Of a stretch of DNA of 64,000 nucleotides, positions 26,481 to 38,689 are shown in pieces. The DNA is taken from assembly GCA_001643675.2 (NCBI GenBank), contig LSRY02000009.1, positions 1,302,001 through 1,366,000 on the forward strand. The letters are read 5' to 3'. Position numbers and translations under genes: made by a program. How positions within the stretch are numbered: the stretch's first letter is position 1; the number at the start of each line of letters is the position of its first letter. The DNA is from Monocercomonoides exilis PA203 (lineage: Eukaryota > Protista > Preaxostyla). The notes under the pieces are model-generated. The model had not been told where the DNA came from, searched no databases, and worked only from the letters and a program-made list of their open reading frames with translations.

Positions 26481-28747
26481 GCTAATTCTTGATACTCCGT
26501 TCTTTTAGCAGTTGCTCCTTCAAATTGTTCAGATTTGGACGAATAAATTTGGTCATCCAATGGTCCTTCTAAAGATTCTGAGGTTTTCGTGTTTGCATAT
26601 CCTTCTCAGCGTCTTCTTCCTTCTCTTTCACTCTCACTCTCTTCTTCTTCGTTTCCTTTTCTGACTTTTTCAAGTTCTTTGCTAATTTCTTTTCTAAATT
26701 CCTTTTATATCCTCCTTTCATCTGCTTTGATTGCAATTCACCTCAATCTCCCTCATTTCCTCGACCTCCTTCATCTTCCAAATCATCATTTCACCTCTTC
26801 ATTTTCTCCTCTTTCTGTCACTTTCGATCTGAGCACTCAACAAAATGAATCAGAATTCTTGTGATTATTAAAAAAGAAGGTTCATCTTTCCCTTTTGCCT
26901 CTGGCTCAACAGAACTCTTCATCTGATAGCCAGCCCTTCTTCTGTGTGGATGAAGACATGAAGAATGGGAAGAAAGAAAACCAAGTGGAAAAGCAGAGAA
27001 AAGAGAAGAAAAAGAAGAATGGGAAAGTTGCTGCTTATTCCGTGCCTGTGAATGCTTCCAGAGTTGCAGCAGCGAACAGCAGAAGAGGAAAAATGAATTT
27101 CTGGAAGCTGAGTAAAATCGAAGTTGGAAATTTGCACAAAGTTGCCTTTTTTGTCACTTTATGAATTAATCAAACGAAAATGTCTCCGTTGCAGTCATTT
27201 GTTTCCGTCTTTCATTCGCCTCGCTTTATCTTCTTTTAAGCTGTTTTCCTTTCTGTTCTCAAAAAGAAATGAGATATTTTCCTTTATATTTTCTGCAGTT
27301 GCACCTTTTTTAAGCTTGCAATCACGGTGCAGGCGGAGGAGCGAACGAATAATAAACAGCACTAGCAGATACCAATAAAATTCGCGGTTGATAATAACTT
27401 CTGGTATTTTTATAGGAAATTGTATTGCCGTTTAGAAAAAATACCGTTGTTGATGTAATAGATGCTTCTGCTTTTGCTTCTGCTGTTTCGATCGTGTTGG
27501 GAGTGATTTTTCCTGATCGTTCGTTTTGTGTTCTTGTAATCATCGGAATCGTCACACATGGAGTTTCTTTCTTCTTCCATTTAATCATATTTCATTTCCT
27601 TATCTTCTTCATTCATTTCTCCTACTCTTTCTATTTCTCTCCCTTTTCTCAGAGTAAATTCTTGATCCTTCATCTTCATCTGCAAATTCAGCTGTTCTTC
27701 ATTTGATCGATTGAACGGCAAATGGGGAGATCTGAACGTAAAACAACACATTGCTTCAAATTCAGTCGAAATTTTCAATACAAATTGGATAATGCATCAG
27801 AGATGATGATATAATGGAATGAGATGTGAAAGAAGAAGACGAAGATTAAGAAGAAGAAGAAGAAGAAGATATTGAAGTTTCAAATGCCATCTGATATTCA
27901 ATGTCTGCCTCCTGCTTCAGATGTCTAACAAATTGATTTGCAAATCAAATTGTTATTCCATCAGAACATGGCAATAATTCTCCAAAAAAAACACTCAATG
28001 TAAAGAAAGTGCCAAATCCATTTCTGTGAAAGTGACTTGTCTCTCTTTTCGGTTGTATCGACTTTCTTGTCTTCTCTGTGTAACTTTTTTATTCTTTAGC
28101 CATCTTCTCTTTGTTTCATTCATCTGTGTTGATGTGAAGGTCAGAAATGTTTTCCAAAAAAAGAATCTCCAAAAGCAATATCTTTTCGAGCAATGTTCTA
28201 AAAGAATGAATTTTTATCAGATAAGCTCAGTTTTCGCTCATTCCGTATCCAAAAAAATAGAAAGACGAAACTGAAGAAGATAATCAAATACGCCTGTCAG
28301 CAATAAAATATGTTGAAGAAGATGAACAGATCTTGTGAATAAAATTCCTTTCTCTGTTGTAGTGGTTTGTGGTAAAGTTGAGCCGTATGAGAAGAATTCG
28401 GCAGTATTTCCAGTAGAATATTCTGCAAAACGAGAATCATCAAAATTAACAGTGCTATCAGAAAAAACATTTTGTGTGTTGAATGAAACAATCATTGGCC
28501 ATTGAAATGTTTCATTTGTGTAAGGCTCTCTTGTTGTTCAATAAATCCATATCAATGATTTTGTTGAATAATCTGAGGCTGAAAATGAATGATGAATTCA
28601 TAAAATTTTCCGCTTGAACACGCCTTTATGTATATAATCATTTTTGAAAGTTATTGTTCTCCACACAAACAAAAAATTTGGAAAAAAAAGTTCTTTATTT
28701 GAAAAATAAAAAATATAACGATCAAATCTGGCTTTTGTTTATCAAAA

Positions 28748-30824
28748 ATGAATCCTTTCAGAAGAAAACATAACGGAATTGGAAACAAGAGTATCAAACG
28801 GGATGTGAAAAATCTTGAAAATATTTTCGGAAAAATGTCAGAGAACCATGCAGAACTTGTTCTCTTATCATTTCTACAATCTACGAAGCAAGGAAAAAAA
28901 CTTTTGGAAACATTGTCCAAATCAAAAGCATGTTTGTATTTGTTTTAATATTAAATACAAAATTACTAATATTTAAACATCATTTTTCAAATAAACTTGA
29001 ATTATTTTATTTTATACAGCTTTTCCGACAGAACATTTCAATAAAACAGATCCTCACACAGATTCAGAAAGCACTGAATCATTTGAAGATTATCCATTGA
29101 CAAAATGTGACAATAAAAAAAAATATATTCAAAAACAACATTTTCTGCAGTTTCCATTTGGGGGAAAACACTGTTTTTCAAGCATTTTTTGCACAAGGCA
29201 TTGAACAATTTCTTCTTTAAAAACTTTATTTCTCTTTCTCAGATTTCAAAACAAATTTGATTTTCAGATACGTAAACAGGTATCATTTGAATCAAAACAT
29301 CAAGTTTTCCATCATTTCACGAATGTCAAAAAAATGACCCATTTTTATTGTGTTCTTTGGAATCAAAAAGTCAATGAAAAGTGCATTATTTTTCAATGAA
29401 AATACTTGCAGCAAAATATTTGACCCAATTTGTTGAAATTAAATCAACTAAAAAACTCACATATTCAACAAGAAAAACATCAAAGCCTGAGTTCACAACA
29501 AAATAGTTCATCCAATTCACAGACGATACTCAATACATCAAAATTTCGCATCCCAAACATCAATAAACCAATTTCAACATCATCATTAATGAATATTGTT
29601 CAGTCAGATCCTTCTAATATTCATTCAAATACTTCAATAATATTGGATTGTTGTTTTGAGGATTATTATATAAATTCAATCGATACTATTGATTATTTTG
29701 TTAAATGCACATTTCGTCCTGAATTAAAAATAGATAACAAATCCAAATTATACGCAGATTGTATTTATGATAATGCGGAGAGTTTGAATAAATTGGAGTT
29801 GAGTGATAAAGATAGTGATGATGATGAAAATGAATTAATGAGAATTTGTGAAGGAAGATCATTGAATAATTTTGGGAAAACATGTGCTTTCAATTCTTTG
29901 TGTCAATGTCTTGCTTCATTATGCATTGATAAATGCACAAAAGATTGCAACATTTCCAAAAATCAAAGTTATTTTTTGAATCTTTTGGAAGAAATTCGGA
30001 ATCCATCAAAAATAGTGAAAGCTTGGGGAAAGAGGAGAATGAAAAATTTTTATGAACTGCTGTTTGGATGTCTGGATGAACCAAAAATTTTGACTGACGT
30101 GTTCACTGCAGTTATGGAATTCCTATCAAAAAATAATTGGAATTTGAAGGAGATGTTTTTGATCCGCAGCCATAGAATAAATATGTGCACCAGCTGCCAT
30201 CATTTATCTTCATCATTGAGAGGAGCAGGTTATTTTATTTCAATTGCTGGATCAGATATTGTCGGTGGGTTGAATTGTGTGTTTCAAGCCTCAGATGATT
30301 TTGCTGAGAATCCACTTTCAAAATGTGAAAATTGTTGGACGAAATCAGCATTTGAAAACTGGATTTGGCTTTACGATTTCCCTTTCATTTTGTGTATTTA
30401 TCACAAGTTCATTGATGGAGATTATGTGAGTTCTCCTCCGATCAAATTATTCTTCAGAAGTCAAGGAATTGGCCCAAATGATTTTCATGTGTTCAGTCCT
30501 CGTGTGTTATCTTCAATTGACAATCATTCGTCTGATAGTGAGATAGTTGCAAAACACAACTTCGTTGGAACAATTATCCATTCTTCATTGAAGCATAAAG
30601 AAGGGCATTTTATTTCAATAGTCAAAAATGGAAGTTCTTCTGACCATTCCAATGACAGCTTTTTGCAGTGCGATGATGACAAAATTACAATTATTGACTT
30701 CACCAAATGGGACCAATACTGGGATTATCTTTCAGAAGAAAAATGGAATTTTTCAATGAGTTTTTTCAAACTGTTTGAAACAAAATTCAGAAATAGTTCA
30801 TCCAAACCCTTCTTGGATAAATGA
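28748..30824 (+). CDS. Ubiquitin-specific protease (peptidase C19) related to the transposon-borne USP; main exon 29430-30824, 5' structure uncertain
   Basis: Cys box RSLNNFGKTCAFNSLCQCL (Cys 29883-29885), Zn ribbon CTSC/CENC, DFPFILCI, His box GTIIH..EGHFISIVK (His 30606-30608) and FLQCDDDKI. A possible first exon at 28748-28931 is followed by a GTTTG..TACAG intron. Confidence 0.8.
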
Positions 30825-31299
30825 ATGTTTCATATTTTTTTTTAATATTCATTAGTGCACATCATTAATCATTCCACTAAATAATAAATATCAACTGCGA
30901 TAAAAACCATTTTTTAATTAAGAAAATATGAAATAAAAATTTGAAAATAACACTGCATTAATTCAAATGAATTGACATTAAGTTGTCATATAGAATAACG
31001 TAAACACAATTACACGAAAGTATTTGAATATCATTAATTAGTTAACAACCAAGTCATATAAATACAAAGTGTGATGTGGGGATAAAAAAATAAAGTGAGT
31101 GAGAAATGGAAAGTGAGAAATTTAGAGTGTTAAATGATGTATTGATTTGTATTAACTGGGGAATTATTCTGTATGTTGTCTTTTCTGATATACTTGCCTA
31201 TGAATATTTATTTCAATACTGAACAAATGAATATTTCATTTTAAACTTATGTTTTTTCTTTATTCAATTGGTGTTTTGATCATTCATGATAATTATCAA

Positions 31300-33211
31300 T
31301 CCCATTAAAATGATCATATCTATCTCTCCTCTTTCAATATCTCTTTCCACCATCAAATAAATTCTTTGTCAAATGCCCCTTTCGTTCATGTTGGAACTGA
31401 AAATAAAAGAAAAACACTCGGAAAATTGAATTTATTAGATTTGAACAGTCATCTCTTTGAGTGTGCGAATAGAATGATTCTAATTGAGGAAGTTATTGGG
31501 ATGGTGCACTTTATGTTCATTCACTACATGTTCAAGAAATGGAAATAATGGAGCGTTATTCTGTCAAAGTTTGTTGAAAATCTCTCTCGAAAAATCCAAT
31601 TTTTCATGTTGTCAAGCGAGGAATGGAGGAGCAGTTGAAGTGTATGTTCCACAATCAAATTCCAAATATCACATTTTGGAAAATAAAGTCGAAAGTTATT
31701 CAATAACATGCTGGTGTGGAATTGGTTGGTATTTTGCACTACAAACAATTCCTGCAAATGGTAAATTCCTTTTGTCCAAATGCAAGTTCATCTCAAATTC
31801 AGGTGGTGATTCTGCTGGTTCTTTCACATTCAATTGGCCTCCACAAAATAAACCAAAACAATGCTTGCTCCAAGAGTGCCAGTTCATAAATAACAAAGTC
31901 GAAAATCCAACTACCTACGGCGGTGCTGCGCTGTGCTGCACAAGAACATATGATTGGATGAATGGAATGAAATTCATCACTTTCTGTTTCTTCAATGAAA
32001 TACAGCTACAAACGGAAGAGGAAATGATGTGTTTTTCAATGGTAATTCCATAACTCAATCTCCGTTTGAGAATTGCGGATCAACAACCCCAACAAAAAAA
32101 AGTGCGGAACAACAACACAGCTGATAATGAGACTGTCAACAGCTCGCTCCCTTTCATAAGCCAGAACAAAAATGTTGCAAACAACGGAACAGATGTTGAT
32201 GGCTGTGGAAGAACGCAACAGAATCGTTGTTCCACTATCGAGTATGCAATCTATGGCTTATTCTTTTAAAAGAGGCCTCCCTCACCCCACTCAGCTCAAC
32301 ATTTGCTCCCACTCAAACACTTATCTTCCTTGCTTTTGACACATAAATCAAAGGAAATGGCACAGATACCATCACCATCGCATCAAGCGGAATTCTTCAA
32401 TCATCATCTTTTTTTTTCAGCCATTTCTGCCCTCTTCCAACATACCCAGGGCTCCCTCACGGTCTCTGCCCTCACCATCGCCCACAACTCCTCAAATCAA
32501 ATCACCCCCATCCTCTTCCACCTCTCCAAAAACTCCCCTTCCCTCAACCTCAACACGACCACAATCACCGGAACAACCTCCATAACAATAAAAACACCTC
32601 TTTTCTTCCTCACTGCTGGCTCCCTCGCCCTCAACCACACAGCAATCACCAGTCTCTCCCTCAACAGCCAAAGCATCTTCCACCTCACCTCCCTCACAGC
32701 ACTCCTCACCCTCAACTCTTCCAACATCACCCACATCACCTCCACTGCCACCCCCACCAGCTGTGTCCTCTCCTCTGCCACCTCCCCTGCCCTCTCCCTC
32801 TCCCTCGCCAACTGCACCATCACCAGTATCAACTCAGAACAGTTGAGCCAACAAACTGCCACCAATGGCGGGTGCACCTCATTCGCCTCATCCGTCTCTG
32901 ACAACACATTTTCTGTGAGTGACACAAATTTCTCCACCTGCTCTGTGAGCGAGGATACAAGTTCTGGAGGAAGAGGCGGTGCTCTCATGATCGAGTTCAA
33001 TGAAGGCTCACAAGTGTCATCCACAACCTTTTCCATCACCAATATCGTGTTTTCAGACAACAAGGCTTGTATCAGAAGAGATATGTATTTTGTGTGTGAA
33101 TCATTTGTCGCTTCTGTGAAAGAGCCTTTGTTTGCCTTCATGACAAGCATCACTCGGAAAGACAACTCGGTTGTTGGACATGACAGAAACAATTGGAGTT
33201 TCGATTTATAA
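31300..33211 (+). pseudogene. Frameshifted paralog of the Pmp-like surface protein at 6568-7860
   Basis: Collinear similarity (GALFCQSLLKISLEKSNF, YGGAAL..WMNGMKFITFCFF, CGRTQQNRCSTIEYA), then a Ser/Thr-rich beta-helix and GRGGALMI; several frameshifts. Confidence 0.75.
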
Positions 33212-35299
33212 ATCTTTATCAACGGGAATACAGCTAACAATGTAAATAAGTGAATGATCATCTTGGCATCAAGGAAGTGAATTGCAAGTTGGTAAAGATG
33301 CCCTGAAAGAGAACGCAAAACGCGACAGGTCTTCTGAAGAAGGTGAAAAATGTTGGTAATGTTATTGAATGTGAAGACAAATTGTGAATTTGTGCGCGCA
33401 ATAGAAAAACCGAAGAAAGTTGGGGAGATGGCACGCAAAATAGAAGAAAACTGCTCGTATGCGCATTTGATGAAATCTACATAACTTGTCGGACATGTAT
33501 TCTCTTCTTTTATAGAATTATCTGTTAAATATGCCTTTTCCTCAAAATTACTTTCCCTCATCGTTTCATCTTCTCAGACATGTTGAAGGCATGTGGCCTT
33601 GCGAAATCTCTCGAAAATTATCCCTGCAACTGTTTGTTCAAAGAAATCTTTTCCCACCTTGCTCCTTCTTCTTCCTGTTATTCTTTCAATCTCAAAATAA
33701 ATAATGTAGAGGCAACCTTCATGGATTGTGTGCCAGATGATCGACTATTCTTGATTTGACATTGTAGCATTTCATTTGTGAAATAATTTTTAAAGATATT
33801 CCTTGATAGAATAAATATTTCTTTCGTCTATCTGAGTAGGAATGAAAGGTGATGCTTGGCCCTGGATTTGACGAGAGTTGAATGAAATGGAAATAGGAAT
33901 ATTTTAAATTCGTTCATCGAAGAAGATGTTGAAGAAGAAGAATGCATAGGAGAATCAATGTTGTGTGTGAAAAATGTCTGTCGGAGAAATTAAAGCTTTC
34001 AGATCGTATTTCTCAGAATGAGAATGTTTTCATTGGCTTATTTTGGAATACATAAAAAGATGACGATAAGCTGAAGGAATTAAATAGCAAGGAAAAGAGG
34101 CAGATAAAGAAGGAAGAAGATGAAGTAGCAAAAATAGTTGAAGGAGTTGAAAAAGAAATATTAAGAAAAAGATGATGATGAGGAGGAAGAAGAAGATTAT
34201 GAAAGCTATGAAGGTGGAGCAATTGAGAATTGTGAAACGAATTTAATCCTTTTTTAAAGATGTTGATGATTACTTGAGGAATGTCGATTGATAAAAATAA
34301 ATCATTTGATGAGTTGATTTAAGATGAAATAAACAACCTTCATCACAAAACATGTGAAAGGCAAAGAGATGCAAACAGATGAAGAAGGAAATCCACAAAT
34401 CGTTGACTGCCTTTGTGTGGTTGAACTGCTTTTCCCTCAGAAAAAGAAAATTATCTTTGTCCAATGATGTCAACAATTCAAATGAACTTCATGTTTGATG
34501 AGGATATTGGCAGAGAATAATTTGAAATCTAAGAAAGCATTGACCATTGAAGAATTTGACTTCAATTGCAAAAATTTCAAATGAAATAAGAAGAAAATGA
34601 AGAATTTTATGATTATGTGATTGATGTGTCGATTCTGGCAATGAGCATCTTTTATTGAAGTGAGGCTGTTGAGAATGATAGCGAAGGTGAAGAAAAATAG
34701 AAGATGTCAGGTTTTCCAAGTCATATTGAGCAACAGAAAAAGATGAATTTGTTGTGAATGAAAATGCTCAGAAAGCTCATCAGCTTTGGTGAAAGAGTCG
34801 CTTCTGCCAAACATTCTCAACAAATAAGCCAAATAAACTGCTTCTTCTTTTCAAGCTCATCTTAAGCATTATCAGGCTATGCAGTATGCAAGACAGATGG
34901 CAGAAGTCACGAATGCCATCATTGAATGCGATGCAAACAAGAATAATCTCAAAACTTATGGTTCTTTCGCGAAATGAAAAGAAGGCTTTTCTTTCTATGG
35001 CATTCCTGTTCATGGACAATCTTCATTCATTGAAAACACACCATTAAAGAAAAATGAATGAAATAAAAAAAATCAAACCATCTTTTTTTTGGCTTTTCTA
35101 TATTTTCCCATCTCTAATGGATTGGTTATTATCAGCCCAGCTGGCTTTCTTGCAATATAAAATTGCCTCTTGCCACAAAAAATTCAGACAACTGAACAAT
35201 AAATGGCTGGCATTGAAAGTCATTGAAAGCACAGAATCCATTGTGAAACGAGCTGTAATATCAGATTAAAACACATAATTTTTATATAAACAAGAAATC

Positions 35300-36150
35300 A
35301 ACTCTTTTTCAAAGACTTATTTAACGCCATGTCTTCGCTGGTAGCTTTCCAGTAGGATTCGTGTTAAATGCAAATGAGATTGAAATTGAGGCCTGCTGAG
35401 TGTTTCTCTCTGCTCGCTTCCTCAATTGTCCAACCCCCAATTTCATTTCCTTTTCCACAAAAGCATCATTCCCTCAAAAAATCAAGCAAAACAAGCCCTG
35501 AGCAAAAGATGTGCCAAGTGAAACACATTTCCCTCGAAATGAACAAGCTGTTCAATTCAAACTTTTTGGTATTCCGTTAGCTTTTTCTGCATCTTGCTTG
35601 AGTCATTTCTCATTCAAAATATCGCAGCCAGGGCTGCATCATATGTTTTGCAATATATAATCAAGTTCAAATTTCTTGCAACTTCCCCCACCAATTCACT
35701 TTTCGCAAGCAATCGAAGCAAACAGCCGCTCGCTCCTCCATCTGTGGGCAAAATTCTTATTCTTCTGTGGCGATATAACTCGCATGGACGTATCCTTGGT
35801 CGTGCATCAAAGAAGCTCAAGCATGCTCTGGCTGCAGCAAATAATTTATCAAAAATCTTCACTAATAAAATTATAGGTTGCAGACCCTTATTAAATAACC
35901 AAACAATAAATGAATGTTTTGTTGCCCTTCGTCTTGCCTGTTTTGAGGCAAAAGAATGAAAATGATGCAGAGGAAAAAGTTTATGAATGTGCATCTTCAG
36001 GTATTTTAATCGATATTTGTGACTCTTTTGAAGCATATGTTCCTCCAACATTCAGAAAATGAATCAATATGTTGCTTCATCTTGATTTTTCCGAAGGCAG
36101 CAGGACCAGCAACAAATGTTTTATGGTGTGCATGGAGCATTACTGAATCA
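35300..36150 (-). pseudogene. Possible decayed MULE-like transposase
   Basis: Fragments LLVLLPSEKS, KLFP..HSF..LFNKGL and LLESYQRR occur in MULE-like order; many disruptions. Confidence 0.25.
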
Positions 36151-37896
36151 CTGCTTATGCGATTTTATCTGTTCTTTTTTTATTATTATGAAATGAAGAA
36201 ATTTTTTATTGACTTTTGAAAGGGGCTTGAGCGATTGAACGATTTGAGGGACCTGGAGCAAAAAGGGAAAAGCGAAGAAATGGATGGAATAATGGAAGAC
36301 GTGAGATTTGAAGAGACGGGTGCGATTTGTGAAGTGGGTTGTTGAAAAGAAAATGGAGAAAATGGCGGATGGAAAGGGATTGGGGTTGGGGGATGTGATT
36401 TTGGCATTGGCGCTTTTGGGGGGATGCTTTGAAGAGACAAAGGACTTGAAGGATGATGACTTGTTATTTTTGTTCTTGACTGAGGAAAAGATACAAGAAA
36501 AAGAATTTTGATGAAAAGAAGAAGAACGAATAAGAAAAGGATGAAAGACTTCTGGGGGAATGTTTGCAATGGAACGTAATTCTGGGTGGAGGCCTTTCAG
36601 TGGAATTGCTGTTGATTTGTGTGGCTTGCCTGATGAAAGGTGTTGGAGAAAGAAGGAAAGGGAGGAGACTCGAAATGAAGTTGAAATGCGTTTGCTGCGA
36701 GAGTCATTTTCACATCATATTCATGTGCGTTATATTATTTATTTTTATTTTATTTTATTTTTTTTGAAATATATTTATATTGAATAGCAGACAGACAGCG
36801 AGTGATGTTTGAAGGAAGAAGCAGGAAGCATCAAGCGCAATCAGTTGCAGCACGATTTGAAGGGACTTGCTAATGGATGAGTTTTGGAGAAATTGATGAA
36901 GGGATTGATGAAGTGCAGAGAGATGGGGGAAGTGAGTGTGAATGAGCTGGGTTTTGGTAGAGAAGATTCAAAAGAAGTGGGAGAGATGGGAAAGGATGTG
37001 GATTGGAAGAGAAAATATGATGAGAGGATGAGAGAAGGGAGAGAATGACTGAACCCTGATGGGTGTGATTGTAAGAAGATGATGAAGAGGAATTTGAAGA
37101 AATCAGCATTTTCAGTTTCTGAGGGGAAAGAGGAGGCAACCACTCAAGAGCATTCGATGAACGATAGATATCCAAATTATTTCGTATGGCTCAATCTGTT
37201 TGTGAATTTTTTATGATTATGTTTTTCTTATCAATATGAAGTTCACTTACCATATTCAATATTTTATCTCAATGACAGCATCACATGAAGCCTTTTCATC
37301 ATCTTTTTCAGAAACATCATTCAATTGTTTGCACATTTCTCTTTTACCTCATTTCTTCTTCTTCTTCTTCACCATCTTCTTCTTCATTCAACAAAAATGA
37401 AGCTATTCTTCAATTAAACAGTGCTTTCTCCAAGTATCTTAATTTTTCTGAAAAATGTTTTTTTCATCTTTCAACGTAACTTATGTTTATTCTTTTTCTC
37501 TTTCAACAGTGTCTGTTGAATTATAATAAATTGCTTGTATTGTTTCAAAACCATGATAGATAATGTTCAATTGTCAGATGAATTGATTATTTAACAAATA
37601 ACAAAAAGTGATGAAATGTTCATGTTATCAAAAAATGAAAAAGAAATAAAAATTGGAAAATATGTGAACTTCAAAAAAGTTTTTAAAACATAAAAACAAA
37701 TTATAAACGATATAAGAATGATAAAGAATAAATGAAATAAAAATTCGATGAAGATGCAGTTTCAGATACATTTCTTAAAGGTGAATTGTTTCTATTTCTT
37801 GTCGCGCTGGTGGACTTTTAACATTTTTATGAGTCTTCTTCAAAAAGTTCTCAAGCACGTTTATATTTTTCAAAACATTTTTATGTAGAAATAAAT

Positions 37897-38403
37897 AATG
37901 TGAATATGGTTTTTCATTTCATAAAATGCATTTTTATTTAATCATATAAAAAAATATTGAATATATACATATATATTTTTTTGGACTCAACAAAAACCAA
38001 AAAAAAGTCAACATTTAATGAAAATATGTCAAATTGATAATCTCGATCACAAAAGTGGTCACTAATTTCTCTTCAGATTTTGCAACAAACAGACATAAAA
38101 AGATGTGGGGAAGCGGTTTGTGCGGAAATCTGAGAAAAAATTAGTGACCACTTTTGTGATCGCCAGTCATTTCAAGTTTCAGTTTTATAATAGTTCCGAT
38201 CGTTCAACGGATCAAATCTGATGAGAACCATAATAAAAGTGTTTTTCAAAATGACTGGCGATCACAAAAGTGGTCACTAATTTTTTCTCAGATTTCCGCA
38301 CAAACCACTTCCCCACATCTTTTTATGTCTGTTTGTTGCAAAATCTGAAGAGAAATTAGTGACCACTTTTGTGATCGAGATTATCAATTTGACATATTTT
38401 CAT
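37897..38403. repeat. Left 507-bp inverted repeat containing a 386-bp nested palindrome (38018-38403)
   Basis: 155-bp arms at 38018-38172 and 38249-38403 with one mismatch (38114/38307) around a 76-nt spacer. The whole unit is nearly the reverse complement of 52455-52961. Confidence 0.97.
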
Positions 38404-38689
38404 GAAAATTTTCGTTTTGAAATATTTATTTATTATTTAATATTTTTTTTTTCATATATTTGTTTATGATTTATTGTTATTATGTTATTGACATAAGTTA
38501 TATTGAGAAACATTTATGCGTTGATTTTTAGAAGAAGACAAAAAATTGTGATATTAGTTTCCAATATCAATTCATCTTTTTGATAAAATCAAATTGCATA
38601 AATACTTATTTTTTGTGTGAAACATAGTGTTTTTCACTGAAAAAGAAATGTGACTTTTGTTCCATAATAAATTCAGAAAAATAAAAACA

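Noticed and set aside
29020-29430. Possible Ulp1-like relic (HFYCVLWNQK) upstream of the stand-alone USP
   Set aside because: Only one weak His motif in a frameshifted region, with no catalytic Cys motif found.
37880-37900. Target-site duplication for the 15-kb block (ACATTTTTATG near both ends)
   Set aside because: It does not abut both termini symmetrically and is expected by chance in AT-rich DNA.
38018-38403. Four copies of a 25-bp motif as a possible CRISPR-like array
   Set aside because: The copies alternate in orientation, the intervening segments are mirror images rather than unique spacers, and there are no cas genes.
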